From Mobula hypostoma (lineage: Eukaryota), in assembly GCF_963921235.1 (NCBI RefSeq), contig NC_086097.1, forward strand, positions 10,664,001-10,728,000: a stretch of 64,000 nt of DNA, written 5' to 3'. The notes below the pieces were generated by a model, which was not told where the DNA came from, searched no databases, and saw only the letters and a program-made list of their open reading frames with translations. The position numbers and the translations under genes are program-made. Below are positions 11,571-25,135 of the stretch, one piece after another (position 1 is the stretch's first letter; the number at the start of each line of letters is the position of its first letter).

Positions 11571-14500
11571 CTATTTCTTTAAGCATGTACCTATCCAAAA
11601 GTCTCTTATTAAAAAGTCTCTCCCTATTGTATCCACCTCCACCACAATTGCCAGCAGCCCATTCCACACACTCACCACTCTCTGAGTAAAAAACTTACCC
11701 CTGACATCTCCTCTGTACCTACTCCCCAGCACCTTAAACCTGTGTCCTCTTGTGGCAACCATTTCAGCCCTGAGAAAAAGCCTCTGTCTATCCACACGAT
11801 CAATGCCTCTCATCATCTTATACACCTCTATCAGGTCACCTCTCAACCTCTGTCGCTCCAAGGAGAAAAGGCCGAGTTCACTCAACCTATTCTCATAAGG
11901 CATGCTCCCCAGTCCAGGCAACATCCTTGTAAATCTCCTCTGCACCCTTTCTATGACTTCCACATCCTTCCTGTTGAGAGGCGAACGGAACTGAGCACAG
12001 TACTCCACGCGGGGTCTTACCAGGGTCCTATATAGCTGCAATATTATCTCTCTGTTCCAAAATTCAATTCCACGATTGATGAAGGCCAATACACCGTATG
12101 CCTTCTTAACCACAGAGTCAACCTGCGCAGCTGCTCTGAGCATCCAATGGACTTGGACTCCAAGATCCTTCTGATCCTCCACACAGCCATGAGTCTTACC
12201 ATTAATACTATATTCTGCCATCGTATTTGACCTACCAAAATGAACCACTTCACACTTATCTGGGTTGAACTCCATCAGCCACCTCTCAACCCAGTTTTGC
12301 ATCCTATCAATGTCCCACTGTAACCTCTGACAGCCCTCCACACTATTCACAGCACCTCCAACCTTTGTGTCATCAACAAACTTACTAACTCATCCCTCCA
12401 CTTCCTCATCCAGGTCATTCATAAAAATCATGAAGAGTGAGGGTCCCAGAACAGATCCCTGAGGCAAACCACAGGCCACTGACCTCCATGCAGAAAGTGA
12501 CCCGTCTACAACCACTCTTTGCCTTCTGTGGGCCGCCCGTTCTGGATCCACAAAGCAATATCCCCTTGGATCTCATGCCTCCTTACTTTCTCAATAAGCC
12601 TTCCATGGGGTACCTTATCAAATGCCTTGCTGAAATCCATATACACTACATCTACTGCTCTACCTTCATCAATGTGTTTAGTCACATCCTCAAAAAATTC
12701 AATCAGGCTCGTAAGGCACGACCTGCCCTTGACAAAGCCATGCTGACTATTCCTAATCATATTATACCTCTCCAAATTTTCATAAATTCTGTCTCTCAGG
12801 ATCTTCTCCATCAACTTACCAACCACTGAAGTAAGACTCACTGGTCTATAATTTCCTGGGCTATCTCTACTCCCTTTATTGAATAAAAGAAAACATCTGC
12901 AACCCTCCAATCCTCTGGAACCTCCCCCCGTCCCCATTGATGATGCAAAGATCATTGCCAGAGGCTCAGCAATCTCCTCCCTTGCTCCCACAATAGCCTG
13001 GGGCACATCTCATCCGGTCCATGCAATTTATCCAATTTGTTGCTTCCCGAAGCTCCAGCACATCCTCTTTGTTAATATCTACATTCTCAAGCTTTTCAGT
13101 CTGCTGCAAGTCATCACTGCAATCACGAAGATTCTTTTCTATAGTGAATACTGAAGTAAAATATTCATTAAGTACCTCTGCTATTTCCTCCAGTTCCATA
13201 CACACTTTCCCACTGTCACATTTGTTAGGTTCTATTCTTTCACGTCTTATCCTGTTGCTCTTCACATACTTTAGGATGCCTTGGGGTTCTACTTAATCCT
13301 GTCCACCAAGGCCTTCTCATGGCCTCTCCTAATTTCCTTCTTAAGCTCCTTCCTGTTAGCCTTATAATCTTCTAGATTTCTAATATTACCTAGCTCTCTG
13401 AACCTTTTGTACACTTTTCTTTTCTTCTTGACTAGATTTATTACAGCCTTTGTACACCACGGTTCCTGTACCCTACCATAACTTCCTTGTCTCCTTGGAA
13501 TGTACCTATGCAGAAATACACACAAATATCCCTGAACATTTGCCACATTTCTTCCGTACTTTTCCCCGAGAACATCTGTTCCCAACTTAAGCTTCCAATT
13601 TCCTGCCTGATAGCCTTATAATTCCCCTTACTCCAATTAAATGGTTTTCTAACTTAGAAACATAGAAAGATAGAAAATAGGTGCAGGAGTAGGCCATTCG
13701 GCCCTTCAAGCCTGCACCACCATTCAGTATGATCATGGCTGACCATCCAACTCAGAACCCTGTAGCTGCCTTCTCTCCATACCCCCTGATCCCTTTAGCC
13801 ACAAGTGCCATATCTAACTCTTAAATATAGCCAATGAACTGGCCTCAACTGTTTCCTGTGGCAGAGAATTCCACAGATTCACCACTCTCTGTGTGAAGAA
13901 GTTTTTCCTCATCTCGGTCCTAAAAGGCTTCCCCTTCATCCTCAAACTATGACCCCTCGTTCTGGACTTCCCCAACATCGGGAACAATCTTCCTGCATCT
14001 AGCCTGTCCAATCCATTTAGAATTTCATACGTTTGAATCAGATCCCCCCTCAAACTTCTAAATTCTAGAGAGTACAAAACTAGTCGATCCAGTCTTTCAT
14101 CATGTGAAAGTCCTGCCATCCCAGGAATCAATCTGGTGAACCTTCTTTGTACTCCCTCTATGGCAAGGATGTCTTTCCTCAGATTAAGGGACCAAAACTG
14201 CACACAATACTCCAGGTGTGGTCTCACCAAGGCCTTGTACAACTGCAGTAGTACGTCCCTGCTCCTGCACTCAAATCCTCTGGCTATGAATGCCAGCATA
14301 CCATTCGCCTTTTTCACCGCCTGCTGTACCTGCATGCCCACTTTCAATGACTGGTGTATAAAGACACCCAGGTCTCGTTGCACCTCCCCTTTTCCTAATC
14401 GACCACCATTCAGATAATAATCTGTTTTCCTGTTCTTGTCACCAAAGTAGATAACCTCACATTTATCCACATTAAATTGCATCTGCCATGAATTTGCCCA

Positions 14501-16447
14501 CTCACCTAACCTATCCAAGTCACCCTGCATCCTCTTAGCATCCTCCTCACAGCTAACACTGCCGCCCAGCTTTGTGTCATCAGCAAACTTGGAGACGCTG
14601 CATTTAATTCCCTCGTCTAAGTCATTAATATATATTGTAAACAACTGGGGTCCCAGCACTGAGCCTTGCGGTACCCCACTAGTCACTGCCTGCCATTCTT
14701 GAAAGGTCCCGTTTATTCCCACTCTTTGCTTTCTGTCTGCCAACCAATTCTCTATCCACATCAATACCATACCCCCAATACTGTGTGCTTTAAGTTTGCA
14801 CACTAATCTCCTGTGTGGGACCTTGTCAAAAGCCTTTTGAAAATCCAAATATACCACATCCACTGGTTCTCCCCTATCCACTCTACTAGTTACATCCTCA
14901 AAAAATTCTATGAGATTCGTCAGACGTGATTTTCCTTTCACAAATCCATGCTGACTTTGTCCTATGATTTCACTGCTTTCCAAATGTGCTGTTATCACAT
15001 CTTTGATAACTGACTCTAGCATTTTCCCCACCACCGATGTCAGGCTTACCAGTCTATAATTCCCCGGTTTCTCTCTCCGTCCTTTTTCAAAAAGTGGGGT
15101 TACATTAGCCACCCTCCAATCCTCAGGAACTAATCCAGTATCTAAAGAGTTTTGAAAAATTATCACTAATGCATCTACTATCTGTTGGGCTACTTCCTTA
15201 AGCACTCTGGGATGCAGACTATCTGGCCCTGGGGATTTATCTGCCTTCAATCCCTTCAATTTACCTAACACCACTTCCCTACTAACATGTATTTCCCTCA
15301 GTTCCTCCGTCTCACTAGACCCTCGGTCCCCTACTATTTCCGGAAGATTATTTATGTCCTCCTTAGTGAAGACAGAACCAAAGTAGTTATTCAATTGGTC
15401 TGCCATGTCCTTGTTCCCCATGATCAATTCACCTTTTTCTGACTGTAAGGGACCTACCTTTGTCTTAACCAATCTTTTTCTTTTCACATATCTATAAAAG
15501 CTTTTACAGTCAGTTTTTATGTTCCCTGCCAGCTTTCTCTCATAATCTTTTTTTTCCCCTTTCCTAATTAAGCCCTTTGTCCTCCTCTGCTGGACTTTGA
15601 ATTTCTCCCAGTCCTCAGGTGTGCCACCTTTTCTGGCTAATTTGTATGTTTCTTCTTTGGAATTGATACTATCCCCAATTTCCCTTGTCAGCCATGGGTT
15701 CACTACCTTCCCTGGTTTATTCTTTTGCCAAACTGGGATGAACAATTGTTGTAGTTCATTCATGCGATCTTTAAATGCTTGTCTGTTCATATCTCACTCT
15801 AATGCTATTGTAAAGGCGATAGAATTATGATCACTATCTCCAAAATGCTCTCTCACTGAGAGATCTGACACCTGACCAGGTTCATTTCCCAATACCAAAT
15901 CAAGTGCAGACTCTCCTCTTGTAGGCTTATCTACATATTGTGTCAAGAAACCTTCCTGAACACACCTAACAAACTCTACCCCATCTAAGCCCCTTGCTCT
16001 TAGGAGATGCCAATCAATATTTGGGAAATTAAAATCTCCCATCACGACAACTCTGTTATTATTACACTTTTCCAGGATCTGTTTCCCTATCTGCTCCTCG
16101 ATATCCCTGTTACTACTGTGCAGCCTAAAAAGAACACCTAGTAAAGTTATTGACCCCTTCCTGTTCCTAACCTCCACCCACAGAGACTCCGTAGATAATC
16201 CCTCCATGGCGTCCACCTTTTCTGCAGCCGTGACACTATCTCTGATCAACAGTGCCATGCCCCCACCTCTTTTGCCTCCCTCCCTGTCCTTTCTGAAACA
16301 TCTAAAACCCGGCACTTGTAGTAACCGTTCCTGTCCCAGAGCCATCCAAGTCTCTGTAATGACCACCACATCATAGCTGCGAGTACTGATCCATGCTCTA
16401 AGCTCATCTGCTTTGTTCACAATACTCCTTGCGATAAATAGACACAT
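11571..16447 (-). pseudogene. CR1 ORF2 (APE endonuclease + reverse transcriptase), disrupted
   Basis: ARSIVNK..YDVVVITETW..VVMGDFNFP..LDLVL..SDH (15794-16447); [36 protein letters not shown] (12506-13006). Confidence 0.9.
13656..15780 (-). mobile_element. Young 5'-truncated CR1 with a ~655-codon open RT frame, nested in the full-length CR1
   Basis: ORF 13814-15790 carries all RT motifs ([28 protein letters not shown]). The host rejoins as TTTTCTAACTT|GTCTGTTC (compare 29126-29145); CTT is present at both junctions. Confidence 0.95.
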
Positions 16448-16586
16448 CTCAAACCTTCATTCTGAGCACGTCCCTTCTCTATCACCTGCCTATCCTCCCT
16501 CTCGCACTGTCTACAAGCTTTCTTTATTTGTGAGCCAACCGCCTCTTCCCCAGTCTCTTCAGTTCGGTTCCCACCACCCAACAATT

Positions 16587-17519
16587 CTAGTTTAAACTCA
16601 CCCCAGTAGCCTTAGCAAACTTTCCCGCCAGGATATTGATCCCCCTGGGATTCAAGTGCAACCCGTCCTTTTTGTACAGGTCACACCTGCTCCAAAAGAG
16701 GTCCCAATGATCCAGAAATCTGAATCCCTGCCCCCTGCTCCAATCCTTCAGCTACGTATTTATCCTCTACCTCACTCTAGTCCTACTCTCACTGTCACGT
16801 GGCACAGGCAGTAATCCCGAGATTACTACCTTTGTGGTCCTGCTTCTCAACTTCCTTCCTAACTCCCTGTAGTCTTTTTTCAGGACCTCTTCCCTTTTCC
16901 TACCTATGTCTCTGGTACCAATATGTACCACGACCTCTCGCTGTTCTCCCTCCCACTGCAGGATATCTTGGACGCGATCTGAAACATCCGGGACCCTGGC
17001 ACCTGGGATGCAAACTACCATCCGAGTTTCTTTCCTGTGTCCACAGAATCGCCTGCTAACCCCCTAACTATAGAGTCCCCTATCACTGCAGCCATCCTCT
17101 TCTTTTCCCTACCCTTCTGAGCCACAGGGCCAGACTCTGTCCCAGAGGCACAGCCACTGTTACTTCCCCCAGGTAGGGTGTCCCCGCCAACAGTACTCAA
17201 ACAGGAGTACTTATTGTCAAGGGGTACAGCCACAGGGGTACTCTCTAGTACCTGACTCTTCCCCTTCCCCCTCCTGACTGTGACCCACTCGTCTGTCTCC
17301 CATGGCCCCCAGTGTGACCACCTGCCTATAATTTCTTTCTATCACCAACTCGCTCTCCCTGACCAGATGAAGGTCATTATACTGCATCTCCAGTTCCTCA
17401 ACGCAGTCCCTTAGGAGCTGCAGCTCGAAACACTGGGTGCCGATATGGCCATCCGGGAGGCTGGGAGACTCCAGGACCTCCCACATCTGACACTGAGCGC
17501 AGAAAACCGACCTCATACA
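16587..17519 (-). pseudogene. CR1 ORF1 (Cys-rich N-terminus, coiled coil, SGNH/GDSL esterase), frameshifted
   Basis: CAQCQMWE..C(F)ELQLLRDCVEELE; AVIGDSIVRG; VVCIPGARVPDV..VVVHIGTRDIG..VVISGLLPVPR. Confidence 0.85.
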
Positions 17520-17639
17520 CATTCTACTTCCTTTCCGCAATTAACATAGATAGACCTACCTCGTCTCGTTACCGCCGCAGCCCATTGAGCCAAAGCCCTA
17601 ACACTCAGCTACCTCTCACTCCGCTGTCCACTCTGAACA

Positions 17640-17715
17640 CTGCCCACTGGATATGGCGGTCTTCTTTTAAAACTTTTCCTACTCCACTGGCTGACGTCAC
17701 GCGCCTGCGCAGTCT
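17640..17715 (-). promoter_or_regulatory. Putative internal Pol II promoter of the CR1 5' UTR
   Basis: On the minus strand, in order: NRF1-like TGCGCAGGCGC (17701-17711), CRE TGACGTCA (17692-17699), TTTTAAAA (17665-17672), YY1-like CCGCCAT (17653-17659). Locally CpG-rich. Confidence 0.5.
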
Positions 17716-18366
17716 CACTTCTCTTTCACCCCAAGTAGTAAAACTGCCTTCGCTCTGGAAATTCTTAGCCGTTGACCCGCAGCCTTCTTGCTCCGAATCA
17801 AACACCATTGAACATTTCTAAAAGGAGGGTTATGAGCTGTGCAGGAGGTAAGGGTTAGATTAATCATGAGTAGATTCATATAGAACGATGCAACATTGTG
17901 AGCCAAAAGGTTTGTACTGTGTGAATCAGTTCCATCTTTCTGACAAGCTTCATGCAGGAAACCAAAGGTTATTTCACTCCGACAGGAGCATCTAATTGAT
18001 TTTAAATCAATTTCATGAAGTCTTCAGCAGGATAGGGCAAAAAAAATTGCAAGGATCAAATAGCTTCCAATCTTCAATATCGATTTATTGTTATTATAAT
18101 GCACAGAATATTCAACTAATAACTACATACTATGACAGAGCAGATCTGCCACAAATAATTTCTTCCTTCCCACCCCCCCACCCCAGTAGCCCCCATAATT
18201 CTCCCTGCCCCTCACTGGCAGTGCTGACGTTAAGCTTCTTGGGTGCACACACTAGGCTAATGCGCAGCGCAGACACTTTTGTTTGTAGTTGCACACTCCA
18301 GGACAGCGACATTCTTTGATGCGTTCTGTTCGTTATTCATTCCAGTTTCAGGGAGGGGACCCGACT

Positions 18367-21177
18367 TCTTCTTCTTCTGATGTTTAATGGCAGTTGGCTG
18401 TCCAGTTTAAAGGTGAATTAGCACCACCAACTGGACTGGAATGTGGTGTAGCGAGTTGGGAAATATACCCCCTACTGGTTTTTTATCTGATGAAAACCTA
18501 ATTACCTCAAAAAGCCGTACAGATTGTGAGTAATGAAAGACAATACTGTGAATTAAATTAAAATTACTTCAATATCATAATGAAGTTTTTAAGTGAAAAC
18601 TATCAACCATCAAAAATAGTAGTGAAGCCTGCATTTTATTTCTTTCAACCTTATATGCTTCACACTGTAATAGAATATTCAACTGTTTCATAGTGATGAC
18701 AAAACCTACACAACCCAGAGATATGAGTAAGTAATCATAGTATGCCCATTTAGACCATAAGACCATAAGACAGAGGAGCAGAATTAGGCCATCTGGCCCA
18801 TGGATTCTGCTTCACTATTCATTCATGGTTGATCCTTTTTTCTATCTCCTCCTCAAGCCCAGTTCTCGGCCTTCTCCCCATACCTTTGATACCATATCCA
18901 ATTAAGAACCTATCAATCTCTGCCTTAAATACACCCAATGACCTGGCTTCCACAGCTGCATATGGGAACAAATTCCACAAATTCACCACCCATTGGCTGA
19001 ATAAATTTCTCCACATCTCTGTTTTGAAAGGGTGCACCTCTACCCAGAGGCTGTGCCCTCTTGTCCTAAACTATCTCACCATGTGAAACATCCTTTCCAC
19101 ATCTACTTTGTCTAGGTCTTTCAACACTCGAAAGGTTTCAATGAGATCCCCCTCATCCTTCTGAATTCTAGCAAGTACAGATCCAGAGCCATCAAATGTT
19201 CTGTGTATGATAAACTTTTTATTCCTGGAATTATTCTCTGGACCCTCTCCAATGTCAGCACATCTTTACTAAGATGAGGAGCCCAAAACAGTTCACAATA
19301 CTCAGGTTAACCTTCACGGTATTCTGCACAAGGACTCCCAAGTCCCTCTGCATCTCAGATTCCTGGATTTTCTCCCTGTTTAGAAGATAGTCCACACATT
19401 TATTTCTAATACCAAAGTGCATGACCATGATGCACCCCCTTCTCTTTCTTCACACACTATAACATCAGGCATACTGCTAGTGCCCTCCACAGAGAAGACT
19501 AATGCAAAAATACTCATTTAATTCAGCAGCCATCTCCCTGTCCCTGTTATTATTTCTCCTGCCTCATTTTCTAGCAGTCCTATATACACTATCATTTCTC
19601 TGTCATTTTTTACATACTTGAAAAACCTTTTACTCTCCACTTTGATATTATTTGCTAGCCTGCTTTCATATTTTAACTTTTCCTTTCTAATGATTTTTTT
19701 AATTAGTCTCTGCAGGTTTTTAAAAACTTCCCAATCCTCTAGCTTCCCACTAATTATTGCTTTGTTGTATGCCCTTTCTTTTGGTTTTACAATAACTGAC
19801 TTCCCTTGTCAACCATGGATGCACTATTTTCCATTTGAGTATTTCTTCATTTTTGGAATACAGATGTCCTGCACTTCCTCATTTTTCCCAGAAATGCACG
19901 CCATTGCTGCTCTGCTGACATCCCTGCCAGCAGCTCCTTCCGATTTACTTTGGCCAACTCCTTTCTCATACCACTGTAAATTCCCTTTTCTCCACGGAAA
20001 TTCTGCTGTGTCAGATTTTACTTTCTCCCTATCAAATTTCAAGTTGAACACAAAGAACCAATGTTGGGAGGCCTGTATATAACTGCCATCATCGTCCTTT
20101 TACCCTTGCAGTTTCTTAACTCAACCCACAAGGATTCAACACCTTCCGATCCTATGTCACATCTTTCTACTTATTTGATGCCATTCTTCACCAGTAGAGC
20201 CACACCACCCCCTCTGCCTACCTTCCTATCCCTCCGATATAACATGTAACCTTGGACATTCAGCTCCCAAGTACAACCATCCTTCAGCCACGATTCAGTG
20301 ATGGCCACAACATCGTACCTGGCAATCTGTAATAGTGCAACAAGTTCATCCATCTTATTTCTTATACTACGCGTATTTAGATACAACACCTTGAGTACCA
20401 TATTTGCTGTCCTTTCTGACTCCGCATCCCTAATGATTTGATACTCAGCCTTTTGACTAAGTCCCATCACCTACCTGCCCTTCCTAACAATCTGACTACA
20501 CACTATTTTTACCTTTTTACCATCTGTCCTATCCTGAGTCCCTTCACTCCAGTTTTCACCCCTCTGCCAAGTTAGTTTAAATCCTCTCCAACAGCTCTAA
20601 CAAACCTGCCAGCGAGAATCTTGGTCTCCCTTGGGTTCAGGTGCAACCCATCACTTTTGAACAGGTCATACCTCCCCCAGAACTCCAGGTCAAAACAATA
20701 TAATTTCTTCCCTTCTTGTTTTACCCCCTTCTCCCATAAACGCCACAGTTTTATATAGTCTGTAAAGGTCTCTCTGCTTATGCAACATTATCCGACAAGT
20801 CTTGCCATAAGTTCCTAAATCTTAACCCTACCAACCTCTTAGCTTCTGATTTGCTAATTGGAAGGTCTATATCCACAGATGAATTTTTACCAGCTTTTTT
20901 AGCTAAACAATCTACCCACTCATTCCCTTCAACACGTCAATGTGCAGGGACCCAGAAGAAGATGACATGTAAACCAATACTTTGAATATGAAGTAATGTT
21001 TGATGAGTTTCCAGCAGTAAATCTAACCGACTGCTAGAATAACCTGTTTCAAGACTCTCAAAACTGAAAAACAGAATCTGAACAATTTACAACTTTGCAA
21101 GGACAAATTTCCTCCACCATCCGTAAGCCCAAACTGATGGCAACCAAGTTTGCTGTATATACTGATAAATGGTTAGT
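18367..21177 (-). mobile_element. Nimb / I-clade LINE 3' part (RNase H + CCHC region + 3' UTR), split by a CR1
   Basis: Perfect 13-bp TSD AGGGGACCCGACT (18354-18366 / 21178-21190). RNase H motifs SVYTANLVAI..CSDS..FFWVPAH..EGNEWVDCLAKKA; ILLQCEAYKVER; 3' CCAGTTGGTGGTGCTAAT and a (GAA)n tail. Confidence 0.9.
18752..20682 (-). mobile_element. Internally deleted CR1 (ORF1 end, APE start, tether, RT C-terminus, 3' UTR)
   Basis: MVLKVLYLNTRSIRNK..YDVVAITESWL (20171-20470); (TCTTATGG)n tail at 18752; abrupt jumps near 19430 and 20050. Confidence 0.8.
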
Positions 21178-21424
21178 AGGGGACCCGACTGATGGGTGGG
21201 TAAGATGTTTTAAAAAGGTGCCTGTTTGTGGAGGCATATGCCTTGTGCTGGCTCTGTAGAAGGGTTCATTTTGGGGAACAGGGAGAGTGCTCCCATGACG
21301 CATAAATGAATGTCTTGTACCTTGTATTTGTTTGTATTAGATCACGTCAACCAAAATTTTGTGCAATAGCAAACTTGAACTAACTCCTCATGCTGCTTCT
21401 TAGCTGTATGATCTAAGAAAAAGA

Positions 21425-21770
21425 TTAAGGGAGATTAGATGGTGGTATACAGAATTATGAGGGGTAACGATAGGATGAATGCAAGCAGGGTTTTTTTCCA
21501 CTGCCATTAGGTGAGATTACAACTACATGTCATGGGTTAAGGGTGAAAGGTGCAATGCTCAAGGGGAACATGAGGGGGAACATTTTCATTCTGAGGGTGG
21601 TGAGAGTGTGGAAGTGCCAGTGGAAGTGGTGGATGTGAATTCAATTACATCAATAAGAAAAAGTTGGATAGGTACGTGGATGTGAGGCATATGTAGGTTG
21701 ATGTGTTTAGGCAGATTAATATGGGCATACTAGATAGGCTGAAGGGCCTGTAGTGCTCGATGACTCCATG
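21425..21770 (+). mobile_element. Old CR1 3' fragment (family of 1-710)
   Basis: Homologous to 400-710 and 1100-1160. Confidence 0.75.
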
Positions 21771-22258
21771 TCAATTGCCTTGAATTTTGTATTGCCTGTA
21801 CTCCCCCTATGTAGAAAAGCAATGTTCACTGACTGATTAAGGTCCAAAAATGCCTCTAATTACAATGGTTCCATCTAATTTTTATTAATATTAAAACTCA
21901 GAATAAAATGCAAAACCAAAGTGTAAAGTTGATCTTTGATAATCTGAATTCAAATGCTTATCTTATTCATTCACGCAAACTAAATTCCAATAGCTATACA
22001 CCGTTAGCATTTTTCCTTAAATAAGGTGCACGAGTAAAGAGATAACTGTTTATTTACATGTACTGAATTATTTAATACCAATTTGCTTGATACCTGAATC
22101 TTTGAGTTGAGGCAATTTAATATGACATTAAGAACTGGACCTAGTAATAGTTGCTTAGAATCTGCAGTCTGCCAAAAACAGATAAATATCGTTAAGCTTC
22201 TGTCCCCAAGGTGAAATAACGGAAATAGTACTGTATTGCTATACCTCTTCAACAATAT

Positions 22259-25135
22259 GACCATGTAGCAATCACAGCATGGAAACAGGCCATCTCGACT
22301 CTTCTAGTCCGTGCCGAACTCTTATTCTCACCTAGTCCCACCAACCTGCGCTCAGCCCATAACCCTCCATTCCTTTCCTGTCTATATACCTACCCAATTT
22401 AACTTTAAATGACAACATTGAACCTACATCAACCACTTCTGCTGGAAGCTCGTTCCACACAGCTACCACTCTTTGAGTAAAGAAGTTCCCCCTCATGTTA
22501 CCCCTAAACTTTTGCCCTTTAACTCTCAACTCATGTCCTCTTGTTTGAATCTCCCCTACACTCAATGGAAAAAGCCTATCCATGTCTACTCTATCTATCC
22601 CCCTCATAATTTTAAATACCTCTATTAAGTCCCCTCTCAACCTTCTATGCTCCAAAGAATAAAGACCCAACTTATTCAACCTTTCTTTGTAACTTAGGTG
22701 ATGAAACCCAGGTAGCATTCTGGTAAATCATCTCTGTACTCTCTCTATTTTCTTGACATCTTTCCTATAATTTGGTGACCAGAACTGTACATGATACTCC
22801 AAATTTGGCCTTACCAATGCCTTGTACAATTTCAACCTTACATCCCAAATCCTATACTCAATGCTCTGATTTATAAAGGCCACCATACCAAAAGCTTTCT
22901 TCACCACCCTATCCACATGAGATTCCACCTTCAGGGAACTATGCACCATTATTCCAAGATCCCCCTGTTCTACTGCATTCTTCAATGCCCTACCATTTAC
23001 CATGTATGTCCTATTTTGCTTAGTTCCACCAAAATGTAGCACCTCACATTTATCAGCATTAAACTCCATCTGCCATCTTTCAGCCCACTCTTCTAACTGG
23101 CCTTAATCTCTCTGCAAGCTTTGAAAACCTACTTCATTATCCACAACACCTCCTGTCTTAGTATCATCTGCATACTTACTAATCCAATTTACCACCCCAT
23201 CATCTAGATCATTAATGTATATGACAAACAACACTGGACCCAGTACAGATCCCTGAGGAACACCACTAGTCACTGGCCTCCAATCTGAGACATAGTTATC
23301 CACCACTACTCTCTGGTGTCTCACATCTAGCCACTACTGAACCCACTTTACTACTTCTATATTAATACCTAACGATTGAACTTTCCTAACTAACCTTTCA
23401 TGTTGAACCTTGTCAAAGGCCTTACTGAAGTCCATATAGGCGACATCCACCACTTTACCCTGGTCGACTTTCCTAGTAACCTCTTCAAAAAATTCAATAA
23501 GATTTGTCAAACGTGACCTTTCACGCACAAATCCACATTGACCGTTCCTAAATAGACCTTGTCTGTCCAGATAATTATATATACCATCTCTAAGAATACT
23601 TTCCATCAATTTACCCACCACTGACGTCAAACTCACAGGCCGATAATTGCTAGGTTTACTCTTAGAACCCTTTTTGAACAATGGAACAATATGAGCAATA
23701 CACCAATCCTCCGGCACCATCTCCGTTTCTAATGACATTTGAAATATTTCTGTCAGAGTCCCTGTTATTTCCACACTAGCTTCCCTCAAGGTCCTACGGG
23801 ATATCCTGTCAGGGCCTGGAGACTTATCCACTTTTATATTCCTTAAAAGTGCCAGTACTTACTCTTCTTTAATCATCATAGTTTCCATAACTTCCCTACC
23901 TGTTTCCCTTACCTTACACAATTCAATATTCGTAGCCTTAGTGAATACCGAAGAAAAGAAATTGTTCAGAATCTCCCCCATCTCTTTTGGCTCCACACAT
24001 ATCTATCCACTCTGATTCTCTAAGGGACCACTTTCCTCACTGTCCTTTTGCTATTAATATAACTGTAGAAACCCTTTGGATTTATTTTCACCTTACTTGC
24101 CAAAGCAACCTCATATCTTCTTTCAGCTTCTCTAATTTCTTTCTTAAGATTCTTTTTACATTCTTTATATTCCTCAAGGAGTAATACCTCATTTACTCCA
24201 TGCTGCCTGTATTTATTGTACATATCTCTCCTTTTCCGAACCAAGTTTCCAATATCCCTTGAAAACCTTGGCTCTCTCAAACTTTTAACCTTTCCTTTCA
24301 ACCTAACAGGAATATAAAGATTCTGTACCCTCAAAATTTCACCTTTAAATGACCTCCATTTCTCTATTACATCCTTCCCATAAAACAAATTGTCCCAATC
24401 CACTCTTTCTAAATCCTTTCGCATCTCCTCAAAGTTGGCCTTTCTCCAATAAAAAATCTCAACCCTGGGTCCAGTCCTATCCTTCTCCATAATTATATTG
24501 AAACTAATGGCATTGTGATCACTAGACCCAAAGTGCTCCCCAACACATACCTCCGTCACCTGACCTATCTCATTCCCTAACAGGAGATCCAACACTGCCC
24601 CTTCTCTCGTTGGTACCTAGGGAAGTATTTTGCAGTATTGTGGCAAAAAACACACATTTTACAAACTCCAAACCATCCAGTCCTTTTACAGTATGGGCTT
24701 CCCAGTCTATGTGGAGAAAATTAAAATCTCCCACAATCACAACCTTGTGCTTACTACAAATATCTGCTATCTCCTTACAAATTTGCTCCTCCAATTCTTG
24801 CTCTCCATTTGGTGATTTATAATACACCCCCATAAGTATTACTACATCTTTCCCATTCCTCAATTCCACACAAATAGCCTCCCTAGATGAGCCCTCTAAT
24901 CTATCCTGCCAGAGCACCACTGTAATATTTTCTCTGACAAGCAATGCAACACCTCCCCCTCTTGTCCCTCTGATTGTATCACACCTAAAGCAATTAAATC
25001 CAGGAATATTTAGTTACCAGTCACACCCCTCCTATAACCATGTTTCACTAATAGCTACTGCATCATACTTCCAGGTACCAATCCATGATTTAAGCTCATC
25101 TACCTTTCTTATAATGCTGCTAGCATTAAAATAAA
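22259..25135 (-). mobile_element. CR1 LINE with near-complete but disrupted ORF2
   Basis: Collinear APE (24570-24944, 24020-24595), RT (23334-23831; 23103-23324 with YADD) and C-terminal (22332-23069) ORF fragments. Confidence 0.92.

Larger units (their letters stand above)
11469..17810 (-). mobile_element. Originally full-length CR1 LINE (~4.2 kb without its nested insert), now inactivated
   Basis: 5' UTR ~17520-17810, ORF1 16587-17519, ORF2 APE + RT 11571-16447 with frameshifts, tail at 11470; putative TSD AACATTT (11462-11468 / 17811-17817). Confidence 0.9.

Noticed and set aside
13814..15790. 658-aa ORF as a host gene or active RT
   Set aside because: It is a 5'-truncated CR1 ORF2. Its start codon comes from the flanking host CR1, it has no endonuclease domain, and its extreme C-terminus is frameshifted.
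18343..18366. QGGDPT similarity to cyclophilins
   Set aside because: Only six residues match, and no other cyclophilin exon is visible in the window.
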